Notes under the pieces: generated by a model
What the model was told of the DNA's origin: nothing
What the model saw: only the letters and a program-made list of their open reading frames with translations
The model's database searches: none
Assembly (NCBI RefSeq): GCF_000150275.1
Contig: NW_002060945.1
Span: 6,563,607 to 6,627,606 of the forward strand
Direction of reading: 5' to 3'
Source of the DNA: Trichoplax adhaerens
Lineage: Eukaryota; Animalia; Placozoa
Length of the DNA: 64,000 bases
Part shown: piece after piece, positions 24,401 through 35,600 of the stretch
How positions within the stretch are numbered: the stretch's first letter is position 1
Layout of the letters: each line of letters begins with the position of its first letter
Position numbers and translations under genes: made by a program

Positions 24401-26239
24401 TATTCTAAAATAGGTAGCGATAGAAAATATTGGAATTCCGATAAAGATTGGTTTGCTTCTCTTGCTGCAACCCAATGGCCGAATTTCATTCGGTAGACTA
24501 TTATACTTTATATTATTTGACGTGACGAATAATGTAATATAATTACGCAGTATTTTATTCTATTAGACTAATCACTGGAACTGTTGTAATAGTATTAGTT
24601 TGTTACCTTTATTTTTTGTACGTTAAACTGCTGAAATCGATCATTGCCTATGCTCCACTAGGGTTTGCTTATTCATTGCTACTAAGATAGCGGATAAATT
24701 ACACTATGGCGCCGTTTCCATCTTAGTTAAAGGTTATATCGTAAATGATTTATTAGAGTCATTGTAGAATTTTTAGCAAACTTTGAAGCCATTTAATTTT
24801 AATAATGTTTTCTTATAAATTCATAGATTATGACGGAGCAGAACTTTCCTGCGTAATATGTTCTCTAGTTCAAGTAATATTAGACGGTGACTGTCGTACA
24901 ATTAAAGGATTTCAAACATTACTACAAAAGAACTGGGTTGTAGTTGGCTATCGTTTTAATGCAAGCCAAGAGGTAAAATTTAACGTTGTGCAATTATATC
25001 CTGCATAGCTAATTTATTTATCTTATATACAATCCTTATTATGATTTCAAAAATTAGAGTCCCTTTTTTGAGCTATTCTTAAGTTGTATATCGCAACTGT
25101 TATATCAAAATCCTTTGGCTTTCGAATTTTCTCCTAATTACATATCGCATCTTTTGGATATATCACTCTGTGGACTTACCGAAACGTTTTCTTACAACAA
25201 TGAATATGAACGCTGCAGATATAATTATGTAAGGAAAGGGGAAGGTAACGTGTCAAAGCGTACTGGTATTGTTCTCCCTTCAGCTTGGAATCTCTGTTAC
25301 TTAAATTGGAAGGAAGTATTTAATGAACGATATATTATGAATCAAGTTTTACAAAGAATTTATGGTAAAACTATTGCTAAACCATTGACCGTTGTTACTG
25401 ATATTTTTGATATGAAAATATGGCATAGCTTATATCTCCGTAGTTTCGGTATGCATGATGAAGGTAGCATCAGGAACTACGAGATTCAGCATCAAAGTGA
25501 GAGATCATACAATGAATCTATTTTATGCTTACTTGAAAAAACTCGAGCGTTGGGCTGTCTTAAGTATACTAATGGTAGAATTATAGATGTTATTGATTAT
25601 AAAAAGCTTTCACAACTCTATACATACAATGAGCATGTAAGGCATCGTCAGTACCCAAAAACTTCAGCATCAGATGTGCGCAACGTAAGTCAGTCCTTTA
25701 GCGGTTTTCCGTCATCGACCTACAACACCGACGTGTACACAGTATCGCATGATATACCGAGAGATCCGTCGATGCCTTACATAGCAACAAGATCGGGTCA
25801 ATACAGAACAAATGAAAGCGCTATTTATAGTTCTTCGGCATCATTTTGCAATGAGCATCCGTTATCTAATAATACCTGGATAAATCAAACTCGTTATCCC
25901 GAGATAGCAAAATCAAGTGTACGTAATGTAGATGCTTATCCCGATGTCTCAATGGCATCGCCTTATAATGGTAGTAGGCACGCAGATGCAAAAATCAAGG
26001 AAACCGCAAATACTGGAAAATATACAGTAGGTCAGCCTAAATCGCGATCAACCAGCTTAAGAAATGATTTTTACTTCAGTCATCAAGAAGAATATTCTCC
26101 TCGTAATGATGGTAACTATTATCAACCTGCGGACCATAATTATAATGAATACGTGAATATGCAAAACTTCGCTAAACAGTACGGGCACTCTCCTAGGATT
26201 GCGTACCAAAAGATGAAATCGAACGAAACTAATTTTTAG
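21401..26239 (+). CDS. Myotubularin-related pseudophosphatase (MTMR10/11/12-like), multi-exon
   Basis: ATG at 21401 gives MTGQENPSETWDEVREQLKKKILFP|GEEIQY..RVCLTNFRLII (PH-GRAM start). Myotubularin-domain segments include KRYP|VPCWY..VYLLRSAS, WFASLAATQWPNFIR, VSILVK|DYDGAELSCVICSLVQVILDGDCRTIKGFQTLLQKNWVVVGYRF and SPFFELFLSCISQLLYQNPLAFEFSPNY. The HCSDGWDR catalytic motif is absent. A long last exon ends ETNF, stop at 26237-26239. Confidence 0.85.
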
Positions 26240-27634
26240 TCGTTCTAAATGGTTCCATAGTTCGTTACTATTTCTTATTTCGAATAATTATCAACGTCAT
26301 CGTCGCAATAGTTGAGATAAATTAGGCTATTTTTAAGGCCAAACTGAATTTCGGAGATCATACTGTAAACTAAAATTTAGATAAATTGTAATTATGACCA
26401 TTTCGCTCGCATGATTTGTTTTCTTGTATGATATTTATTTTATGCTATACAGAAAGCTAATGTAACGCAAATATCGCTATTGACAACCAATGATACTGTA
26501 TGAGATGTTGATGTACATGGTAAAGCAAATCGTCAGACTGTCATGGACTTTCAACCCATAGCATCTATATGGAGCTATTTACAACTCTTGTACGTGCCAG
26601 GATAGCAATACCGTCACGAAAGTGCATTTAATTAAAGATGTGGTATTTCACATAGCGACTGTTTAACAAGTTTTTACTTTCTCTGTTATTTATATACTGA
26701 AGTAAAAAATAACAAAATTTTAATTTTAGTTATGCTTGTAACAAGGTGATAATACGGTGATGTGATTACTTTGTGATAAACTTCTGGTGACGGATATTAT
26801 AAATATATTAAAAGTTAAAGGAAGTTGCAAACTGCTGTGTTGTTGTCGGGATCTAGGATAATTTTTATGATAGCTTGATGGTGGAGTTCTTTATCATAGT
26901 ATCTAATTAAGCTATCACTTGATTTATATATTATACTTATTGTCCACTACAGTTAATATAAATATACTGGCGTTCAAATCTCTTTCCATTGTATAATAAA
27001 GCTTGATTGGCTCTTACTTGGTACATATAACTGCTAGGTCTAAAAATTCTTAAATAAATCTATGAGTACTGCGTAGAGCATATTTCGGTTTATTCATTTA
27101 CGCATTACATATTCTATTACATTAGAATGGATGTTAAAGCTTTTGATAATTTTAGAAGATCTTATAAGCAGAAATTTGCTGTAAGCTGCCATCGTACTTC
27201 TATGTTCGTGCCTTAATTAGTAAAGTAACTTCTTGAGTGCTAACTTTATTTATCGTATACGAATACATATATATTAACTCTATATTCTAAGAGTTTATAT
27301 ATACCGTTTGTTTATTTTAAGTATCAAACAGGAAACGAAATATTCTATTTTAATCACAGATCCTTACATTTCATGATGTATTAATTTACCTATCCTACAT
27401 TTACGATACGAATTAATGAATAGTACTATAGAATTTCTGTAAATATCATTTATTGCACTCGTACAAAAGAACGAATTAGAAAATAACTAATCCTGACTAA
27501 AATTCTAATCCTAAGGGCAATTAGTGCGAAGTCATACAAGAACAAGTCGTGTTAATTATCCAAACGTTGCAACACCTTCATATACAAACATAATATAACA
27601 TATACCCGATAGGTATCTTCTAAATTATCAATAA

Positions 27635-30600
27635 TTATGTCGATACCGGAGTCCATTTGATAGTTTTACGCATCCTTAAAATTATAGGTAACAAAATCAG
27701 AACTACTACGACAATAGCAAAAAGCGTTGAAAATAAGACAATATATGTGGACATTAATTTTTTAGGTCGATTCATTGAGGTACTGTTGGATTTATAGCTT
27801 ACAGTGCCAATGACGATATGATGAGGTCGTTGAATGTTAGTACAACCTTGACATCGTGTCAAATTGGATTCTGACTGATGGCAAACGTGAGCAAAACAAT
27901 GGAGGAAAGTGGTTACTGAATGATTAAAAACAAAACTACCGGCTAAAAGACTAAACCGGGCACTTCCTGGAGGTGATGGAATAGCTTTAAAAGACGAATC
28001 TATGATACACCTATAATTTTTGGAAGATAAGTTAAAAAAACATAGATAATCTTACCTATAAGCTTATCTAATCTTGAATACCGGTATATTACATTTAGCC
28101 ATTGTACTACTGTGTTCACGGAAAATATAATTAAGCAATGCTCTACCATCTGATCATCATATAAAGATTTAACAAAATTCTATAAGAAGTTATCCATTCT
28201 GTTGGTAAATAAGCAGTATACAACTTTTAAGCTCCAGTTTTGAAGTTGATATGGCTATCTTTAGCTACTGTGAGTTTATATATATGTCTAAAAGCAATGA
28301 AGCTGACTATAGTACAATAACGAAATTTATAGGAGAGCTATTTTCGTATTACGAATTTAACAGGCAAATATAGCAAGTAGTGACCATAGAACAATCATTA
28401 CCTGCTGAGTATAATCTTAAAAAATAGATTAAAATAGTAATAAGTGTTGCAGAATGATATTTAGGAATTAGTACTGACTAATACTACACGTATTACAATA
28501 ATTGGATTTAATAGAGTTATGTTATCATCCAGTATACAATTTATATGATAACCTTAGTAAATTTCTATTCTGATGTAAATGATTAATGTAAAACTCATGA
28601 ATAGCTATTATAATCTTGTGTTTATAATTTCATGACTACTATGATCAATTTGTCATTATACATCTATATATACTAAATACTAAGAATAGATTTATAGATT
28701 CTGTCGAGCAAACATGAATTACAGAATTTATTGTTAGCTTCTAAATGTTATCGCTTACAGGGTACACTTACCGTTGGCTTATAATTACGTGTTTCTTAGA
28801 CTGGTGATTGGAATAGCATGTATCAATTATTAATACTAATAGCGGATCAGCTGGCTTAACATTGATCTCAAAAAATATTTCTTCGTTCGGTTCAACATAA
28901 ATTGCTCCTGAACGATTGGTTCGTACTTGTTGGTAACTTTGATTCGTATAAAGTAACATATCGTATTGAAAACTACTAGTTTTTGGCTGTGGTTGCCTCG
29001 TTAGTTGTTCTATTGTTAGGCCCTGATCTATTTTAGAGTGATTTTTTTTCGCATTCAATACTGCATTAATGTAAGCAGTACGTTTATAACTGCAGGAAAA
29101 CATTAGTCGATGTTGCTGCTCCCTTAGAATAACCCCACCTTTATTCTGCATATTATTGATAGCAGTTATGGTATTGCCATAAATTATAGAACGAGGGTTA
29201 AATTGAATGTCGTTTCCGCAGCTATTAAAGGGTATCTTAATGTGAGTTAGAGTTGAATTCGTTTTATACTGACACAGCCCTAAATTTATCGTAGCTGGAT
29301 AAGGTTGTGCTAGTGATGTTGCAATAGATTGGTGAATATTAACTTGTATTGAATCTGGTAGACAAGAAATGGAGATTTGATCGCCTAGAGTAATCATAGA
29401 ATAGTAAGAATTAATTATGCATTTGTTAATGACTATTATTTTTTACACTTACTCAGATGTATTACTAATAGCTGACTCGTAATGATTAATATATTAATGA
29501 ATTATTAATGAGACTGAATTGGCATATCTCATTTCATTTCACCAAGATATTGTCGAAAACGATAAATCACATAATAGATCAACTAATTGATAAATAATTA
29601 AACTATTGCCTGATCTATTTTATACTTATTAGGATATTAAGGAAACGCTAATCATGCGATCGTTGATGACCAGTATTTAATAAATCTGAAGTCTTCAATT
29701 TCTTACCAAGACATGACCAATTTTGCACAATAACCGTAACCTGTAATGGGAAGGATACTTTTTCATAACTTGAAACATTAGACCGGTGTTCCTGATATCT
29801 ATCACTAAGATGCTGCCTGATAATGCGAGGCTGGATCATAACAGCAAATTGATAAGAACCAGAACGAAAAGGCCTGAAATCTAATGTACAACTGGTTGAA
29901 TCAAGGTGAGACTGAGGTAAAGGACCGCATATGCCTCCACACTCATTAATATCAAATTGTAAATATTGAGATGCCCATTGACAGCTTGTAACTAATCCAG
30001 CTTGAAATAATGTTAAGTTAGCATAACAATCATTAGCTATATGATAGACTAATGTCGGCTTAAAGGTTGAATTAGGAACATACAGATTGAATAAATGTGG
30101 AATGGTAGAAGTTAAGAATAATTTTCGTTTATCTCCTTGATGATTTACACTTTGATCCCAGCAACAAGACGTAGCCAATAGTCTGTAATTAGCGATTTTC
30201 GGGAATTGCGTTAACAGATTATACTGTAGAGAACAGAGTTGATTTTGATCGATTTCGCTAGTGCTATTTATAACCCTGATCAGAATATTGCTTTCTATTC
30301 TTGTTGTATTTAAATGATAAAAATAGAACGTAAATAAGTTCATGATATTGATATTGCTGCAATACATTAAGGACTGTGCTCGAATCACAAATTGCAGTTT
30401 CCATTCAACCTAGCAAAATAGGAGGAATTTTTGATTAGTTCGATTAATTATATCTCATTAATATACGAGGGTTAAATTTTGTCGTGAAAATTGCATTATT
30501 AGATACGGTAGTTCTATACATATTTTATCTTAACGATAACGATTATAAAAATAGGCAATAAAAGATCGAATTCTTGAAAAAATTTGATAACTCTTTAGAA

Positions 30601-31103
30601 ATTTTAAAATTTTCATACTAAATTCTAATTTTTTATACCGAGGCTGTTTATAACAGCGCTTTCAATTTAAAAATTAAATTGACAAGAATAAATATCGACT
30701 GTTATAATTAACAGTAAAATTAATCTAAAGCACTTTAGACCATTAGCGTCTGTTCAAGAACGTCATTGAAAATTCATGCAACAATCATAACATAGATATT
30801 AAACTAACAATATTCTAAAGACTTTCTCGTCCTTACACTAGGCATTTGGATCGTCAAATAGATAGCTTCCAATTACAATTACCACTCAGTGCTAATTAAA
30901 GCAACAATGTACTAATTTAATTAGATATCAGTATATTTTGTAAGCATTTCTTTCCTTACGCTTGTTGGTTGAGTCTGAATCCAAGTTAAATGAGCTCCTA
31001 AAAATTTTGCACTGCTGGTCTGTTCGGCTGTTATTTCAATAGCCAAGAATGTAAGCAGAACGTATATCGGTAAGATTAATCTTTGGCGGATCATACCATT
31101 CAT
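27635..31103 (-). CDS. Type I membrane protein: signal peptide, Cys-rich N-terminal domain, ZP domain, TM helix; 4 exons
   Basis: Exon 1 holds the signal peptide (LILPIYVLLTFLAIEITA) plus FLGAHLTW. Exon 2 (about 30410-29707) has CCWD, CQWA and ECGGICG. Exon 3 (about 29380-28772) has the ZP-N cysteines (ISC, LCQ, NSCG, FSCSY) and the ZP-C start (IFFEI..LIIDTCY). Exon 4 (about 28010-27635) reads CIIDSSF..ARFSL..FLHCFAHVC..RCQGC, then the TM YIVLFSTLFAIVVVVLILLPIIL and RMRK. Confidence 0.85.
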
Positions 31104-32670
31104 TTGAAAATTAATTCAATTATTACATATAGAATTACGAATTTAGCAAGCTCCAAGTTCATTTGCGATGATACTTTGACGTAAGGAATCAAACCATCAA
31201 AATCAAAACAATTTAGAATCTTTCACACTTGATAGAAAACAGCTGATGTAACACATTGCAAGAAATAAAAATTAACATAGTTTCGTCGCTTACTATAATT
31301 CTATCAATAAGAATATTATAATGGTATGCTAATTAAATACAGAAAGTGAGATACTTGAATATTTACCTAATATATTTAATTAGTAAACACGATAGTATTA
31401 CATACAATAGATGCATTACCAAGGCTGCAAATAAATATTCATCAAAAAGATTGATATAGTCATAAACTAATGCCAGTAATATTGTCCTTTGAACCTTAGT
31501 TATTATGGATTCAGCAATTAGATCATTAGCGATTCACTTTTCGGGAATATGATAAATATGAGGCAGTCTAAGTTATCTTTTATCAAATCTAAGAATTGAA
31601 TATGAGCACAATTAATAAATGTAGCAACTAACCTTGTTATCAAATGGAATCACATTCCAAGGAATTAAGCAGTCACCCTAATCTTTCGTCGGTGTACATG
31701 CATAAATAGCTCGATTCGATAATGCGTTAAAGTTCATTTACTGACTTACATGACTAGGAATTAAGTAAAAGGTATTATAGTCTACACGCTTGTATGTTAG
31801 GAAACAGAAAGTTACATAGAATTAAGTACGAAGTTTCCAGATGGTCCGGAAAATTACTTTCCGAGTCGTAGGGTTGACGTATACTTTGAATGATGTTAGA
31901 ATTAGAAACACTTCTATTATATCGATTTTGTTGTTTCTAAGATCGTGCATGGAGAATTAGATAAATTTATAAAATTATGCCATCTTGGAGTAAAAATGGC
32001 GAGAAGCAGACTAATTCGTAAGGTGTTAACTGCATGTGTTAATATCAAGCCGTAGACGTAGGTGACAATAATAAGGTAATAACAAACTTGTTTACTCTTC
32101 TTTGGGCCCAAAGTCCACATAGGCGTCGACATCAATCATTCATTTGCCCTAAAGGCGTAATAAAAATTGCAAGAAATTATTTTTGAACTGTTTCTCTCAC
32201 AGTTCAATAATAACAGAGAGAACATCCGCTTAAACTATCGGCTTCGAGCCGAGTAGTAATTTGTATCATCATTTAGTCAATTCTTTCGTGAAGAGCTCTT
32301 CTGGTATGAATATTGATCATTCAGTCTGTTCTACTAGAAGAAAAGAACTTACACCTTCATTTTGACTAAGCTTTAGTGCTTTTGAGAAGAATATTGATTA
32401 GATTACACGTGTAGCGTATTCGTTGGCACAATCATCGGTTAACTTTGGTATGTACATGATATCTTGTTGATTATCAAATACTTAAACTGATCTATTTGAG
32501 GCAATTTTTGATACGTAGCTGCATTATTCTCAAAATATATTTCCTAGATGTGAAATAATTCCGTAAGTTACCTCCTGGAGTTATTTAATAAAAAAGTCAT
32601 CAAATAACAGCAATTTCAGGAATTTATAAACTAGAATTTGCTCAATTTCATTCTTCCAAAGCAAAGCAGA

Positions 32671-35600
32671 ATGAAATATTTGTGGTCTATCTTTGTCATA
32701 TTAGCATTGTCAGTCACAGATGCGTCTGCTATTTATAATTATGACCATATTCCAAGGCGAAAAAGTCGACAAATTGAAGCTATAGACTGCTACGATAGTT
32801 CTAATCGAGGAATTCATTATCATGGTTTTATTAATACTACTAAATGGGGTATAACATGTAAGCCGTGGATGGAGTATCAGATCCGAAATGCAAAACGACA
32901 TGGTAATTACTGTCGCAATCCAACGGGTAAAATTGAAGGACCTTGGTGCTTTACCGATGATAGCTATAAAAATTGGCAATATTGTGACGTACCGCGGTGT
33001 CAAAGTAAGCTAACTAAAAATTAAGCAGTTGTAATATAGTTTAGGTATAAATTTATATGGTTCTTGGGGGTAGCTATTAAAATCATAAAATGATATAGTA
33101 TAAACTGTTCGAAATTGTTTCATTTAATCTACTCATGTAGTTAACGCTTTAGCAGCTCAACTAAAAAACTTTAAATTTGAATTAGTAGAATAACTTGTAG
33201 TATATGATGCTGGCGTGGATGTTTATTTATCGATCTACATTAATTAATGAAGAATTCCTTAATTTTATGGGCCTGAAATCCAGAATATAGTGCAACTTGC
33301 TCCTCTATCTAGAAACATCAAGTGAACTAATGTATAAGGTGTTATATAAATTCTACCAAGCCATTACCTTATTAATTAATATGATGGAACGAATAATAAG
33401 CATTACTTGACATAACTGACTGACGACAAACCTAATACTGTATGTTTTATTTGTACTAGTCGTAATTCCATCCTGTAAGTATTGTACTTGTAGGATAAAA
33501 GCAGACTCAGGCTTTTTTCTTCGTCTTCGTTAACTTTTACTTTTCAACGGTTTGCCAATCCTACAAGTATTTTCAAGTATCTTTAAAGCATACAGATTAT
33601 AAAGTTAGATTAATTACATATTAAAGGTTTACATCTATCTCAGTTGCAATCCAAATAACTTAACTGTATGATATAAAGGCGATAAAAACACGCTTTTATT
33701 TCACTTGAGTCGTTTTAAATAGTTCAACATATTTTATATTCTGGAAATAGTTATTTCTACAAACGAAGCTTACTTACTTTCTAAACGGGTTAAAGTTAAC
33801 TTATTTGTTACATTGTATGATCTACTTCCTATATACTTGAATACATTCTTTTTCCAAACTTAGTTGCAGATTTAAAGAGTAAAGCAATTAAATTAAATTA
33901 AATTAAAAGAGGAATACAAATTGTAAAATAAGCTAGCTACAAATAATATGTATAATCTATTTCCTATCCGCACCTTTAACAGTATGATATAAAGATCATA
34001 AATATACAATTTTGATTGGGTACTTTAATAATAGCATATATTTTATATCCTAGAAATACACATTTCTATAAACAAAGCATATTTTACTTTCAAAACGGTT
34101 AAAATTAATTTATTAGTTACGTAGCATGATCTATTTCCTACATATACCTTCTTTTTCTAAATTTGGTTACAGATTTAAAGAGTAAAGCAATTAAATTAAA
34201 AGAGATGGATAATTCTTGTTCTTATCATAACGGTGGATGCAGCCATACCTGCCTTGATCGCTTAGATGGGCATCAATGCACATGTCCACAAGATATGATC
34301 CTGGCTCAAGATGAACTTAACTGTATCAATCCCAGTGCAAGATTACCTGGAAATTGTTATAATAATAATGGCGGATGTAGTCATCATTGCATAGTAGATC
34401 AAAAAAATTATCATTATTGCACCTGTCCTAAGGGCTATAAATTATTATCGAATCAACAAGGTTGTAAATTCGAATGGAATGCCATATCCAATTCGGTGAA
34501 AAATTCTGCAAAAAAAGATGACTGCCGATATCGTAATGGTGATTGCAGCCATATTTGCATCCAAATTGCAAATCAACGACATTATTGTCGTTGTAGGAAA
34601 GGATTTAAACTGGATATTGACGGTAAAAGCTGTCTATCAGAATCTATTTCTACAAATCAGGCAGTAGAGCGTCCTTATCATGGATGTCAACATCGAAATG
34701 GTGGCTGCCAACATTTCTGTATTGATTTAAGCCGATCCCATATATGTTCATGTCGTCATGGCTATTTATTAGATGTTGATCAAAAAAGTTGTAAACTCAA
34801 TATTGAAGTGCTACCATTAGATCAAGGTAAACCATCAGTAATACTACCATCGTTATCGTCTGACTATCCCAATGAATTCATTCATGGAGCGAAACATTAC
34901 GGAAGTTGTTCTCAAAGCAATCATAGCTGTCAGCATATATGCGTTGACATCGATTCAACAAATTATTACTGCCGTTGCTTATTAGGCTATCAGCTCATGC
35001 AAAATGGCTACAATTGTCGAAAAAGTAATTTAAATAACGAATTATCGATTTTGGATGGATCTTGCCGTCAAAGTAATGGCTATTGCCAACATCTATGTGT
35101 TGATATTAGTGATGAAGGCCACTATTGCTTATGCAGAAAAGGTTATAGCTTAAACCAAGATCGTCGTACATGCAGCCAAAGGAATGATTATAACTCTAAT
35201 TTAAAACGATTATTACGAGGACCATGCTATAATATTGGTAGTAGCTGTAGCCATTTTTGCCATACTGTTCGAAATTATCATTATTGTTCTTGTCCACTCG
35301 GATACGATTTAATGCCTGATAACACAACTTGCGATGTAAATGAATGTAGCAGTTCTCATCACCATAATTGCAGTCATATTTGTATTAACACTCTTGGTTC
35401 TTATCGCTGCCAATGTCCATATGGATTTCAATTGAATCCTGATGGACTCACGTGTCAGTCGATCGGTGGGTAATTAAAATAGTTTAAACATCATGTTAAC
35501 TTTCACGACTTGAAGTTAAAAGGTTAAATCAATATGCACTCATATTTAGGTCAAGAAAATGCCGTCGTGGTATTGTGCAAAACGGATCGGATACAAATAT

